This document shows positions 39,678-54,004 of a DNA stretch of 64,000 nucleotides, piece by piece. The notes beneath the pieces are model-generated. The model worked only from the letters and a program-made list of their open reading frames with translations, did no database searches and was not told the DNA's origin. Source of the stretch: Phoronis australis (lineage: Eukaryota; Animalia; Phoronida); the NCBI GenBank assembly GCA_002633005.1, contig NMRA01000082.1, positions 534,576-598,575 of the forward strand. Reading direction: 5' to 3'. Each line of letters opens with the position of its first letter. Within the stretch, counting starts at the first letter, position 1. The position numbers were made by a program, and so were the translations under genes.

Positions 39678-40081
39678 TTCCCGGTCTCCAATCTTTTTAC
39701 TCGAAATGGAACTCGAAATTAGGTTTGGCATTTTTTATTCTACTTTTGGGCGAACTCAAGATAAGTGTTTATTATTATTCTATGCTCGAGTACACAACAA
39801 CTTACGTAGATAATTTATTGCCCTTAGTTCACAGTTTGTAAACCCAATATTAAAGCAATTAGTTCGAGTTTGAATTTGAAATTTCGAGTTTTTACTCGAG
39901 TTTGTAGCACGAATGTAAGGCCCTTCAAGGGCAAACTTGAACTAGAAACTCTTATGCATAAACTTTAATGTATTCGAGCACAGTCTGATAACCAATTATC
40001 TTAAGTTCGCACAAAAGGAGCATAGAAATTGCCAAAAATAGTTTCGAGTTCGTTTCGAGTACAAAGATTAGAGACCGGGCC
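39678..40081. mobile_element. Harbinger-like MITE with ~40-bp TIRs
   Basis: CCCGGTCTCCAATCTTTTTACTCGAAATGGAACTCGAAA is inverted against TTTCGAGTTCGTTTCGAGTACAAAGATTAGAGACCGGG. CAG flanks both sides. Confidence 0.7.
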
Positions 40082-43000
40082 CAGGTGCAATTTGTTGTTC
40101 ACTCTAGAGAAATTTTGTAATTATTGACCCCACAATGATCCACTCTCTTCTGCACTGGAATTTGTGTCACGGAATCGTAGGAATCCGTGGATGGTTAATG
40201 AACTATTGCTTGGTGAATAAGATCGCCAATAGTTGAAATAAACCAATGCAGACTGGTTAAGATTGATAGTTTTGATTAACCTGTATTTTGGTCTATTGCA
40301 ACGTGAACCCAATTATTTGAGTAAACTTGCAGAGTTTTGACGGGTATTCCAATACGCGTCCTGAAATAAAGCATAATTCTATGTTCAAGCATCCGACAGG
40401 ATTCGACAACACAGTTTTCCTCAGGAGCAGAATTTCAATTATTTCAATTGACACTTCGTCGGCCAACTATTTTTACATGTGGAGTACATTTAGACAAAAA
40501 TTAAACTAAAAATCTGTTTTAAATTCAGTTTACATTAAAATAATGTAACGCCATGTTCAAAGACCATTGTTTGGGTTTAGGTTCCGTATAAAAGTGTTTG
40601 CGTAAAGATCCGTTTCATGAAGTTTTTTAAAAATGAAGCGGAAATAGTATCTTTAAAAGAAAATAAAGTAAATAATGTTTTTAAATATAATGTAAGTGAA
40701 TATTAATTCACTTTTAACTTGTTTACCTATAGATTCTAATATATAATATGTCGTTTATACCGACGTAACTTCACGTGATCCTTAAAGTCAGTTACGTGCC
40801 TCCATAAGCGACAGGCAGTTAAAGTTGCGAAGTTACATTGTACGCTTCGTCGTTTTATAACCGGTCATGAACTTAAATAGATCGGAGCCGCTCATTCTCT
40901 TCTAAGCTAGGAAATAGTCAAAGGCAAATTTCTGGCGCGGACGCCATTGCGCATGTTCGAGTTAAGCTTCCGCTCAAAACAACAATCTTGGGTTCTTAGA
41001 CGTTTACAAATGGGTCGAGTTCAAGAAAGCTAGCGTTCACTGGAAATACAAGATCTCGCGACGTATTGCCGTATATTTTCAACGACAGCACGTGTTTTGG
41101 GGTAAATTTGTATCGTCGCGAGACAGTAGTTGAACTCGACGGAACCAGACTTGGCAATGGCACTATCTAGCTTTGTTTCATTTTACCAATTATTAGGTCC
41201 ACTTTACATACTAAAAATATAAGTGACGTCTACCTATTGAATCTGACCAGTCGGACAAAAATCGCGATCTTTATTTATTGCAAGTTAACGTTACCACGTC
41301 ATCAGTATGGACAGCCAACAAAATACGCACGGCGTCGCAATGCCTTTCAGGTTCTCTAAGTGTGCACGTGAAACGCCGTTAATGACTTGCAGCCACTTAT
41401 GAACAAGCGTCTCTCAGTCTCATGCTCATGAGAAATTCGATGGAGATACATGTACAAGGTAGGTTAGTGATTCTCGCGAGCATGATACTTTATGTGCATG
41501 AAATAGAATTTCTTGAATTTAACAACTTGAAGTTAGTCACTTGTTTAAAAACACAGAAAATGTCCAATCCTTCTTTACTCGATCATCAGTGAGTAATTAA
41601 GACACAAGATGGGTTGATATTTATAATACTTGCATACCTTAGCGTGATTGTACCCGTTTTCAACTCACTTTTACCTTACATGTATTTTCTCAGGTTATTT
41701 CTGGAAAGGGTTACTCAATATGATAAAACATATTTTCCTAGGCTTCGGCAAAGGAAGATACAAATGAACTAGAGAGTAAACTTTTACAAGCCATAGAAGG
41801 CAATCCACTTGGCTCACGAAAGTGTGCACCCACGAGCGACCTTCATACCCCAACATTTCCGAAAGCACCTTTACAGAACTACCAGTGACTCCTGTCAGTG
41901 CCAATTTATTTATGTTTCTTCTTCAAGTTTGCCAAGTGTCAGTCGTCTGCATGCGCGCACCCAAGGGGGGGAGAGGGGGGAGGAGGTAGAGGGGCTCGAG
42001 CTAGCCCCCCATTTGGCGAAGTGGGCAAAAAGGTCCGCCCCTGAGAGACAAAAAGTTCGAGAAAATGGGACAAAAGTCCGCACTTGACAGTGGTGCTCCC
42101 GTTTTGTTTAGTCCGTCTGCTGATTTGTTAGCAAAAGGTCCACGACGTCAAGAATTCGAGCCCCCCATATTAAAGGCTGGGTCTGCTTCCTCTGTTACTC
42201 CAACTTGTTCATCAGTGCCGGGTTAAGGGGCTTGCGGGACCCTAAGCTATCAAAAGTCCGGGGGGCAATTACTAATCTTAAGTAACTTATGAAGACCTAT
42301 ATGGCCAAGCTTTTATAACTTAAATAGCAAACAGGATAAACTAATCGATTAGATAGATGGAATACCCAATTTATTCCTGCCGGAAAAGTTGTCGCTGTAA
42401 ACTTGTGAGCATTTATACGAATGTACAAAAATAGCTTTTGTGCATTGAACGAGACACAACAGTTTCTTTGCTCCTCTTAGGTTTTGCGAAGTTCATCTCG
42501 ATTTTTCCACGAAAAACTTCAACTCTATCTTCGTAATGAAAACTTCTTAACTCGTCCTTTTCCACGCATATAATAGCTAATGTTCATAATTTTCCTTGCG
42601 ATACCTTTGATCGCAGTGCAGTTTTAATTCTTTTAAATCGTGACATTTCTCCAAAGCAAATATTCATCATGATACTCAAAGACATTTTCAACACAGATTC
42701 TCGTTTCTGTAACTTTTGCGCGGGGTCCTAAGCTGCAGCTTAGTATAGCTTAACAGATATTCCGATAATGCGCTCACGTGATTTAGTAAAGAAACTTATG
42801 GCGGACACGTAGTGCAAGGTGTTGTCACAGGTACCTGGAATTTCCGTAAATAAGCCAATAGGCGTGTATTCGGAAAATTGAAATTTTCAGGCGTTTTAGT
42901 AACACAAAAAAAAACGCCCTCACGTATAGTTCGCCAACACCTTGTTCACATTTTTAAATGATAAATGCTCCATAAAACGAAATTTGTGACAAAAAGCTCA

Positions 43001-43499
43001 CCGGGAATGGGCCTTTAAGAAGAAATTTTGCGAATAAACACCCCACTATCTAGGCATTTTACGCTAGAAAATGTAGCTCCAAATAAACGCCCGTGGGCGT
43101 TCATTCGGCATAATTTTCCGAATAAACGCCCCTTAGAATTTCATCAGGTGAACGTATCTGCGGAAAACCCAGGTAAGACAGTTGGTACTTTTTATTCAAC
43201 GAAAATCCCAAGGGTATCGAGCATTAGTACATTCATGCTACATGCTGATTATGACTTCTCCCCTTCGTTTGCCTCACCCATGTGCTCTGTCACTTTTTAA
43301 TACTACAGTTCTTGTACTCTCAATTCCCTTTCCACCAGGTTTTGAGAATTTAGATTTCTATAAACCCGCCATTCGTTAGAAAGTAACTTGATTTGGACCA
43401 CTTAGTGCTGTAAAGTTGGTCTCCCCTTGTCCATTTCGCAGATGAGATGTACATGTATCTGAGCTTGGAATTAAACAGCACTTCATCTCAATCATTTTC

Positions 43500-43720
43500 G
43501 CATTGCTATTACCGTTACAATTACTAGTATTGGTATCACTATAATGATAATAACAATAATATTATAGGTATCACTATAATGACAATAACAATAATAATAA
43601 TTATTATTATCAAAATTGCTATTATTATTATTGTTGTTATCGTCATTATCATTGTAAGTATCATTATTTATTGTTACCATTGGTATTACTGTATATTACT
43701 ATTATTATTATTATTATTTG

Positions 43721-43785
<65 letters not shown>

Positions 43786-43985
43786 GGGCAATAACAACAA
43801 CATTAATAATAAAAGTAAAAAGACTAATAATAATAATTAATATTATTTTGAGCTATATATTATTATTATTATTATTATCATTATCATAATTATAATTACT
43901 ATTTTGAGCGCTATACTGTCATTGCCATTACCATTATCATTATTATCAATATTAATATTATATTATTAATATTAGTAGTAGTTAT
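43500..43985. repeat. (TAA)n/(ATT)n low-complexity microsatellite region
   Basis: Long trinucleotide runs in alternating orientation. Confidence 0.95.
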
Positions 43986-44110
43986 ATTACTGGTAGTGGT
44001 TGTGGAAGTAGCAAGACAGATAGTAGCAGTATCAGCAGTAGAAGTTTCTTTTTGATTCAATTAGTCATCAAATGAAACCCCAGTCTTACGGAATTGACAT
44101 TGTCTTATAG

Positions 44111-44201
44111 ATGTGTGAGCAGACGGAGAATCGTTCTTTGACTCGATGGCATACTCTCATAGTTTTCTTCTTGTCGTTGACAACGTCTCACGTGGACGCA
44201 G
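44111..44201 (+). CDS. Receptor-like gene exon 1: signal peptide
   Basis: ttatag|ATG...GCAG|gtaata. Encodes MCEQTENRSLTRWHTLIVFFLSLTTSHVDA, a hydrophobic core with a V-x-A cleavage site. Ends in phase 1. Confidence 0.65.
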
Positions 44202-45305
44202 GTAATACCAACGTAGTGAAATGAACTTGAACGTGTTTTGAAAGAAAGTTGATAATTGAAACAACGTAGCTAACTGTATTTTAGATATCTGTCACGAACT
44301 CGCATGGTATTTGAAGACTTCAAATCACTTAAAGCTCCTATTCACGTCTACCTCAATTTACCTCCCCATCCCCCTATCTGCTCCTCGATCTCACCTTTCC
44401 TCGGTCGTGTGACCGGTTGGACGTAGCAGTCTCAAATAAGGATTTAACTAAGTTACCTAAATCTTTTGTGTATTTATGCCTTTTTTACTTCCAGACGTAT
44501 CACTTTAAATTCGTATATTTCATCATTATTATGAGGTCCTTTTTGGTCAGGGACAATGTCTAATATTAACTAAAAGCCTAGCACCGAGTTCAGTGAAAAT
44601 AAACAGGCAATTGATCCTTAAGTTAGGGGCGTTGCATGAAAAGATCCCTATTTATTTTCGATAGTGTTGAGAATGTAACGTAGAGTTCACTCTCGATTTG
44701 TTTCAAAGCCATCCCTTACATAGTAAAGAAACCAAAAGTGCACCAGAAATGACAATCCTTTCCTCAAATATGCATTAAATTTAGGGAACTCAGCTGAGTC
44801 CCTGTTTGGGACTGTTCCATGCAACTGGGCGCTTCCTTAAGTTCTCCTCTATATTGACCTTTTCGGAATTCTAAAGCTAAGGGTTAACTGTTGCCTTCAC
44901 TACGCCACACCATATAGTGCTCAAAATAGATGAACCTCACTTAAAAGGATACTAAACCCCGTTGTGACCTATTGAAGGCCACTAAAACGACTTTTTTATC
45001 CAGTTCTCTGAAACAAAATAATGCTCCAACTCTGGACAACCATTGGAAATTTTGAGGAAAATTGTAATTTAATACTCCTTTCTAAGTCTGCTAAATGGGC
45101 AAGCAGGACCCACGGTCTTAGTGAATTACTCGGCAAATATGGAAAACAACCAGCAATTAACTATCATAATGTCCAATTTGTGGAAAATGTGGTCTAAATT
45201 AACAAGTTCAGTGTTAATCAGTACTGTAACTGGATTAAATAAAGAGTGAGTAATTATTTCTTGTCTGCAGGCAGTCTAACAGCTAACGAATAACGTGATT
45301 TTCAG

Positions 45306-45458
45306 TTTGCTCCGGCGGTACATTTGGAATTTCCTGTAGGGGCAATTGTCACTGTAAAACTACGCTGGGATTTAACATGGGATGCAATCCTTACACTGGA
45401 AAGTGCTTCAGGCCTGGTTGTGAACAGGATTATTTCGGGGCCATTTGCCAGATAAAGC
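45306..45458 (+). CDS. Exon 2: EGF-like (Tie/MEGF-type) domain
   Basis: ttttcag|...|gtgagt, 153 nt, phase 1-1. Encodes CSGGTFGISCRGNCHCKTTLGFNMGCNPYTGKCFRPGCEQDYFGAICQ. Confidence 0.85.
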
Positions 45459-45776
45459 GTGAGTCATTCGCTTACCCTTGAAACTTGGTTCCCGTAAGTG
45501 ACGCAGGTATTTGTTGAACCGAATAAATCTTCAAAATGTTTTTCTGGATGCACCACATTAAATGTAATATGAAGGCACCTCATGCCAAAATCAAGGCCAT
45601 CTGAGGTTACAAAATGGTGATAACATGTTCCGTTCTCAGCTTAGATATGACTTCTGGGGCTTGAGAGTTGAGACGAAATACCGTTCGTTGTTGCTAGAGA
45701 CCATGGCTGCAGGGCGCAAATAGATCTGCCAAGAGAAGCTAGCTTGCTTTACACCGTCACGAGCAATGGTGAACTA

Positions 45777-46743
45777 CAGGGTGTCCACGAATTTATCATA
45801 CCGACTAAATTAATTCTAACTTTCTTGTTTTTTGAACTTTTTGACTTCCTTTGTCAAACTTAAGGCGCTTGAGAAGTTAAGAAACACAGCCACCTATCAA
45901 GAATGCCATTCACCAAAGAAGAGAAAATTTTCTGGGTAGTTATAAAAACTGACAAAACCTCTTTCAAATATGCCATCGCTCAGTTTTTCCAAAAATATGA
46001 TCGTAACATATACCTCACAAAATGCAGATTAATCGCTGGGTAAAGGAGCGTGAGACTGCAGGGACAATAGATCATATGAGAGAGAAATCTCGGAGCACAG
46101 TAGGCAGAAAACTCACTGTAAGATCTTCAGAAAACATTGCTTGAGTACAAGACGGTCAGTGAGTCGTAGTCCCAAGAAATCTCTCCGTTCACATAGAAAC
46201 GCTAAATGGAGGTTCTCCTTGAGTTTCGGGAAGAATTTGGAAGAGGTGCAAATATGGTGAAGAGGAATATACAGTGGTTCCGGCAGGATAGTACCACCCT
46301 TCATACATCCACTCTGGACTGGTTGAACAGCATGTTCCTTGGTCTTCTCCTCAACCATAGGCGCTGCATTCCCTTGATCTGAACCAGCAAATCTTTACTC
46401 ATGGGGATATCTGACGGACAAGGTATACAGTGACAACCCCAGGACCATTTCAGATCTCAAGGAATCAAACACCAAAGAAATTTAAACTATATCAACTGAG
46501 GAGTGCTGCAGGGTCATGAATCCCTTTGGTCGGATAATCCAAGTGTGTCTCCAGCCGAACGGCTCCAATCTGGAGCATATTATCTAAATGACGATTACTT
46601 TGTAGCCAGTGGAGCTAGAAACCTGTAGTGTTCAGTATTAGATTTCTTCTCAAATTTCCAAAAATGTATTGTTTTTGTGTGTGTTGTATGCTTAAAGAAG
46701 GTGTATGCACTTTATCAGGTATTACAAATTCATGGTCACCTTG
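45777..46743 (+). mobile_element. Internally deleted Tc1/mariner-superfamily transposon in an intron
   Basis: TIRs CAGGGTGTCCACGAATTTATCATACC and revcomp CAAGGTGACCATGAATTTGTAATACC, with TA on both sides. Transposase remnants WFRQDSTTLH, SLDLN, WGYLTDKVYSDNPRTISDLK and CLQPNGSNLEHI. Confidence 0.88.
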
Positions 46744-46927
46744 TACCAATCATTCCTTCTCTGACATGGTGTCAGTTATCAAATACATCGTCTGCCTGCC
46801 CTTCCCAAGAGAACAACCCTTAAGATCAGAGAACGGAACAAGCTGATGTCACGTTTATAATGGTAAAATGCTTCAAACTTAGATCCTTTCTGGGTTTATA
46901 GCTGCTGTAAAATATCCGGTATTTCAG

Positions 46928-47137
46928 AGCTAGTTACAGAAGACAGGACGTTTGTAGTTGATGGATCGTTCACACCAAGGCCCAACAGTTTATATGACGT
47001 GATAGACAACAACAACGACACGTATTGGAGGATCACAGGATTTTCTAATGACCGTACAAGTACTGGTTCTTTTACAATTGACTTACTCAACGATTTTTGG
47101 ATCTACAAAATTGCGATTATGATGGAGGCGAAAATAG
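46928..47137 (+). CDS. Exon 3: N-terminal half of a galactose-binding (F5/8C / F-lectin-like) domain
   Basis: atttcag|...ATAG|gtaaat, 210 nt, phase 1-1. Encodes ...VIDNNNDTYWRITG...SFTIDLLNDFWIYKIAI. Confidence 0.75.
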
Positions 47138-49730
47138 GTAAATATCTTTTGAGTTGATTTGGGTTGTTTGTTTTTTTAGTTCAATAATGAAGAAATATTG
47201 ACATAGTGAATTGAATGTACGCACTACATTAAATAAACAAGGACCCTTATGGGAATATACCGTGCGCCAGCAAACCTCCGTTTCTAGAAATACAAAGGTG
47301 AGTTGGAAACAACTTAAAACACCTTAATGTTTAGCACGTGTTCCGTGATGAAAATGGCTTGCGCGTCAGCGAAGCTCCGTTTCCTGTGAACGGGGAGAGT
47401 TGGATGAGCGAAAATGTTCACGTATTATGTCGTACAAGTAATTATAGAATTAGACAAAATGATGGATATTTTTTTAATCCGGCCAGGAATTTGATGCGCT
47501 GAGCGTTGTTTCAAGAACTAACCAAAGGTCAGAACATCCCATGTTTAGAAATTTTTCTAATCTGGGCAATAAAAACAGAGGGCATTTCATATGGTAGTAT
47601 GATTTCGATCAAAAGCGTCTATTTGACAGCTTTGAATGTTTCTCAGATAATAATTTGCATGTGTTTTAGCAATCGCAATATAGTGTTGTGTTGAGTTTTA
47701 CATATCCGCTGAAAGAACTTTAATCCACTTCGAAGCTCTCACATTTTGCCTAATGCAGGGTTTCATTGATCCCACAACTACCAACTCGCCAACCATCGGT
47801 ACATTCGCAAGTTCATCGTACTGACAACTTCAGCTGGTCACTATGACCGGTCATGTTCTTTAACTCATCTGTCTTTATCAATGATTACTTAGTAAAATTT
47901 TGAAACAAGAAATTACGCTCTGGACCGAGGACAATAATTTATTCAAGTTCCATTACATTAAAACATTTTTATCTAAAAAGAAGTCTACATTTTATTTCTA
48001 AAATATATTGTTTCGCTTGAAAAGCGTGAATATGCATAAGATCGTCATGGGCCATTATTTTTGCGGATCGCATATTTTCGTCTACTGGCAGCGTGGCTCA
48101 GGATGTCCTTTGTCAAAACGGCTGCTCTTGGTATCCGTAAAAGTGTGCTAGTAAGCCGTATAGTACCCATTAAGGGGCGACAGAATTGCAAGATGTGCTG
48201 CTCTTCACGGCATATGTTGTCGCATCTTGTACTCTAGCCGGGGTGACAATATGAGTCGACGTTGACTGCATAAATTGATAATGTTTCAGTGTTTTGTATC
48301 CCGTAGCGACAATGTGTGCCCGACCAATGAGCTATATACATAGAGGTGACACGATGTGTACTCGCAAGCCAGGCAGCGCGTGACACTCGGTCCGCCATAT
48401 CGATGATAAACGATATGTAAACAAAAGCCGGGGAAGTTTCAGAATAAAATTTGAAATTTTAAATACTAACGAAGTTTTAAAATATAGGTAACACAAAGCA
48501 ATGTGAACCTGTGACAAACGAATTGCGTAAATGCTCATATAAACCATTGCAAAGACAAAATTCCTAACGCTTTGGCTGAAATTCTCACGGAGTGCTGCTA
48601 GGGCCTGGGAGTTTTTGCGGGCTCAGTCGAAAAGACAATCACTGAAATGCATAAAGCTTAGAAAATGGTATTATTTAGGAGGGAGGGGCAGGGGAAGCGT
48701 CTACCCCCCTTGGCTGCCGCATAAAAAATAAAACAGAAAAAGCGTGTGGAAATATTGAGTTTACTAATTAACGTCGGTAATCAACATACGGCCAGGGGGA
48801 TCAGAATTGCATTGCAAGTGCCTGATCGAGACCGCCCGTTTTTTTTTTAATTTAGTCATCCGACTGTGTTTTACTAGAAGGTCCACATACATCCACGAAC
48901 ATTTGACGTTTCGACGTGCGCGCATGCAATCGTGCTTTGTGCGTTTGACCAAGACAAATTATTGCCCCCTCTTTATGATATCTTAGATCTGCCTCTCTAC
49001 TATACAGTGATTCGCCTTTTTTGTCGTTATAACTGTACAGTACCTATTTTTCAGTTGTTTATAAACCGACAAGACGATCAGCTGTCAAGGGGGCGCTCCT
49101 CCGGCGCTCCATCACATCACTGCAATCCCAAAGTTTTTAGTATAGGTCTAAAAATTCCTTGACCCGACACCACTTGATTTATTCTAAAAAAGATTTGAGG
49201 CTTGCGTTCGTGCAAAACACTAACACTATGTAGAAAAAAAATAATAGAAACCCATGGAAATCGACGAGCATACAAACAGCAGTATGACCAATGGAACCGT
49301 ACATGTATGTGTACTTGTGCATATTCGGAATTGAGGGTATAGACTCTATTCACGCCGACAGGAGGTGCGTTCCAAAACGAGGCTCGCTACGATAGATCTG
49401 TGGCTTATCTGTGTAGTTGTACTCCGCGTTGCTCGAACAGCTAGAAAAAATACGGACACTTTGTTTTACAATCCCTAAGGACGTTGGGATTCGGAAGCGT
49501 TGGGTCCTTGCCAAAAATGACAGGGCCCTCAATCCCTCAATTTTGGGCCCAAATATCGGCCCTAATCCCTTCTCAAAAATATTGAAAAATCACGCAAAAT
49601 TCCCGGCCACGAGGCCTAAAAATTCCCTTTGTGATTGAATATTTCTCTCTAACGGTTCAAATCACCTGTGACCACAGAGGTGACAATTTGAAAAAGTACA
49701 AAATCATAGGCGGATATAGGGGGGGGGGGG

Positions 49731-50513
49731 NNNNNNNNNNNNNNNNNNNNNNNNNNNNNNNNNNNNNNNNNNNNNNNNNNNNNNNNNNNNNNNNNNNNNN
49801 NNNNNNNNNNNNNNNNNNNNNNNNNNNNNNNNNNNNNNNNNNNNNNNNNNNNNNNNNNNNNNNNNNNNNNNNNNNNNNNNNNNNNNNNNNNNNNNNNNNN
49901 NNNNNNNNNNNNNNNNNNNNNNNNNNNNNNNNNNNNNNNNNNNNNNNNNNNNNNNNNNNNNNNNNNNNNNNNNNNNNNNNNNNNNNNNNNNNNNNNNNNN
50001 NNNNNNNNNNNNNNNNNNNNNNNNNNNNNNNNNNNNNNNNNNNNNNNNNNNNNNNNNNNNNNNNNNNNNNNNNNNNNNNNNNNNNNNNNNNNNNNNNNNN
50101 NNNNNNNNNNNNNNNNNNNNNNNNNNNNNNNNNNNNNNNNNNNNNNNNNNNNNNNNNNNNNNNNNNNNNNNNNNNNNNNNNNNNNNNNNNNNNNNNNNNN
50201 NNNNNNNNNNNNNNNNNNNNNNNNNNNNNNNNNNNNNNNNNNNNNNNNNNNNNNNNNNNNNNNNNNNNNNNNNNNNNNNNNNNNNNNNNNNNNNNNNNNN
50301 NNNNNNNNNNNNNNNNNNNNNNNNNNNNNNNNNNNNNNNNNNNNNNNNNNNNNNNNNNNNNNNNNNNNNNNNNNNNNNNNNNNNNNNNNNNNNNNNNNNN
50401 NNNNNNNNNNNNNNNNNNNNNNNNNNNNNNNNNNNNNNNNNNNNNNNNNNNNNNNNNNNNNNNNNNNNNNNNNNNNNNNNNNNNNNNNNNNNNNNNNNNN
50501 NNNNNNNNNNNNN
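49731..50513. other. Assembly gap (N run)
   Basis: The run of n follows a G-run MITE terminus (CATAGGCGGATATAGGGG). Confidence 1.
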
Positions 50514-50577
50514 TTGTTCGAGACAGTTGACACTGACAGGTTTTTTCTTTCAAGGAGTAAAAGCAGCGGACAACATC

Positions 50578-50732
50578 CAGGGTTTGATCCAGGATTTTGA
50601 GGCCAGGATTATTAGCCAGGATTTTGCCGTCAGACATTCGCGCTCCTGAACTGCCAAATGGAATCTGGGAGAATTTTAGGTGGGGGGGGGGCTGGGGCAC
50701 GGCCCCTTGGCCCCCCTCTAAATCAGCCACTG
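50578..50732. mobile_element. Short MITE, same family as 63737-63864
   Basis: Shared GATCCAGGATTTTGA...CCGTCAGACAT...GAACTGC...AATGGAA...CTGGGA...GCCACTG. Confidence 0.7.
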
Positions 50733-53713
50733 TGCTCTGTCCAGTTAACTGAAATTGAGCTTTAAAACGAGGTTATGCTTTGTACAAAAGAATTAGGTGT
50801 TATAATTTTTAAATTCAACTTGGTCGAGATTGATATTTCAAAAATATAACACATGAAATAGACGTAACTATTAAAACCAAGAAAGCAGAAATGATGGCCA
50901 TATAATTTTTATTTTCAATTGCGAGCCTGGTAATTAAAATATATATTTAATAACATCAAGTATTATTTCAGATCAATGTCAAATCAACTGTTAGTCCCAG
51001 TAGTGCCTACCTCACCAGGACCTAGGCTATACTTGAAGCTGAAAAAGGCCTACTCTTGATAAACAAATTGAACCAGAAGTGACTAATTGCATAGGACAGC
51101 AAAATGCTATGAGCCACCACTGTCGAATGTATCTTCAACTCGTCAACAATACGACCAGATGACCTGGTTCGTGTAGAAAGCATTTTTATCAAGAATTTAT
51201 TAAAAGAAACGTAACCCTACATTCAGCATGATACCTAATCCGTAACACTACGATCGCCGCAGTTTGGTCATGTTTACTTTTCATGTTTCGAACCTTGTTT
51301 TCCGGAAAAAAACTTATATCCTTTCGTCAGACAACTCTTTGGTGCATTGACTTGTTCTTTAACTGTATTTTTCTACGTCTCTGTTGTTAATTATTGACAC
51401 ATTTTTAAGATTTAATATTCAGGTTGGACTCCAAAGACCGGCCATTTAACTCACGCAAAGTAAATTTCCGCTTTGTTTATCGCAGTTATCCTCGCTTTGG
51501 ATTTTAATGTCCGCCGCGTGAATTGGGTCAATAGACCAATTTGAATAAAAGTTGGGAGCAAAATTTTGCAAACGATAGAGTTATAGAAACTGATGTGTTA
51601 ACATTAAGTATTTCAATGAAAAAAGAATAATGCACGACACCAAAAACACCCTGTACTGGTTGGTACGCACATATACATCGGTTAGTCGCGTGTGCCTGTG
51701 AACACCACTGCTTGGGCAGCCGAAGCCGGAGGTCGAAGTATGCATTTGCCCAGACCCAATTTTCCGAAAGGCGATTGGAATTGCCCACTTCAGGTTATAC
51801 CAAGGAATTATAATTACATGAATATGCTGAAGTTCTTTTCAGAAAATAAAACGTATGTAAGGTGCGCTGAGGTGTATCAAGGAAAATTACTTCAGTGATA
51901 CGCTACTTTTCTTTAACCATCTAGTATTACTCGTCCTAGTACCTAATTTATATTAGCGTGGTGAACTGGTAATTTGTACAGTTTGAAACGACATGGTCTC
52001 ACAGTTCAAACAGTTGTGTCACAGACTCTGTTGTAAAACAACACGCCGTGTAACTAGAGTTTTAAAAAGGCAATCACATCATTAAGTTTTACCAGTATTC
52101 ATTTTACACCAATGAATGTACCCTTTTAGCCAACCATGATGCGCGGAATAGCAGATTTTTTTCTGTCAATAACAAGCACATTTCCATCTGATTGACCAAC
52201 CAGAACGAGAAGGACAACAAAATGCTGATACAGAAACAACACATTGGGGTACTGTAACCAGTTCAGACAATAAAGTTTCTATTTATTACGAAATACATCT
52301 ATTTCAAAATATCACCATCACGCAGTAAATTCACACCGTGACCTTAAAAGAGAAATGTCTAGCTGGTACAAAGTTACTGTACCGTACTGGTACACGCACT
52401 CCACTTCAGCAAAAGTCAGATTTCAACCAACTCTAATTTAGTCCCTCAATTCATTTGGCTCCGACATTTACAGGCACACAAATATGTTGCTAGGTACATT
52501 TGTATTGACAACAAAATAAATATGACAAAACTCAATGGTCATAAACTCTACCTGCCCTGTCCTACATTGACACAATGTAAGTAGCAGAAGACCATAAACA
52601 GTACATAACATAAAAATGATGGTTTTCCTCAAGTAAGACAGATGCAGATTTCAATAGCTTGCCAGGCTACAGAACATTTGTCCCATCTCTTGAAATCTAC
52701 AGAAACAACCCATCTACCGTCTTATAGTATAGCATTTTTGGGGTATCCCTTCCTTCGATCCTGCTCTATTTTTAGTAACCTGGCTATATTAATGGATCTT
52801 CGAATTGATGTCCACTCTGTAAAAATGTACAACTATTAATCTTGTAGTCACTTTTTGTGTTTCTTCGTTGCTAGACTCAGATATCTTGGTCATTAAACCC
52901 TTAAAGACATATCGGACTAAGAAGGAAAGTCAAGTAAAATACCATGAAAAATCGACCTAAGTGGGTGTTCTAGAGACCAAATTAAGTTCACCAATATTGT
53001 TTTATTTTATTTCAGTTTAATTTTTAAACCTCGATAGAAAAAACATTATATCACTGATTCTGGGTCTAATCTTTGTACTAGAAATCAAACTTTATGTTTT
53101 ATTTTTATGTCTTTTGCTATAACTAAAGAACCTTTAATTACGTATTCAAGCATGCAATGATTTTCTTGGATGATTTTCAAAAAATCCTACTTTGCATTTG
53201 ATGATACTAACATAAAAGCTATGAGTTTGTACTTGAAATCTCGTGTTGTTTCCAATATTGGTTCCTAGATACTATACAGTACACCCGCATCTCCACTTTC
53301 ATGGTTCATCCGCAAGATGGCGGACATCTCCGCTCACCGAAAACCACGTGACTTCAACTCTAGTTATATTTATCTCATTGTGCCCGACCAACAGTTTGCT
53401 TATAGCGGTGAAACATTCTCCGTTACATTCTAGCCATGCCTACCTCACTTCAGCCATTTTGTGTTGCAACACTCGCACAAACGATCGCACCTCGCTCAAG
53501 AGATTCTGATTGTGGGAGACTTTATCTCACTTACTGTATCTCGTAACGTAGTAATTTAAGGAACTTTGCTCGCACGCCAACGGGTATATACAAATACAAC
53601 CTGTGTGGTGACGCTGCTGAAAGCGGCAGTTAACTTTGCAAGGCCCTCTATCCGGCTGAATTCTGCATTTGTGTTGTCAATTTTTCCGAATATTTGTTTT
53701 CGATATTTTTCAG

Positions 53714-54004
53714 ATTATGAGGTCAAAAAGTTTTGCAGGGGAACCGGTACACCTTTCAAGCGCGAATGCGAAAAAGGTTTTCGAGTCTTCTTTGAAAAGT
53801 ACTCGGCTTTCCAGACGTCGGATACCTGCCAAACCAAGTCTGAATACGAGTGTTCTGATCAGGGAGAAAAAATGTTAAACACCATCAAGGAAATTTGCGA
53901 ACGCCAACGAAGCCAAGGTTACTGTACTTTTGAGATTGATCCCAAGACAATGGGATCGACATGTGAGGATGGCAACGAATTTGCTTCGTCATCTGCGTGT
54001 TATC
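53714..54004 (+). CDS. Exon 4: SUEL-type lectin-like domain
   Basis: tttttcag|...TATC|gtaagt, 291 nt, phase 1-1. Eight Cys in SUEL-like spacing: FCRG...ECEKG...DTC...ECS...ICE...YCTF...GSTC...ACY. Confidence 0.75.

Noticed and set aside
43492-43889. Poly-Ile and poly-Asn ORFs
   Set aside because: They are translations of the (TAA)n microsatellite.
49631-50730. Three ORFs of ~300-357 aa
   Set aside because: They consist almost entirely of N-gap codons.
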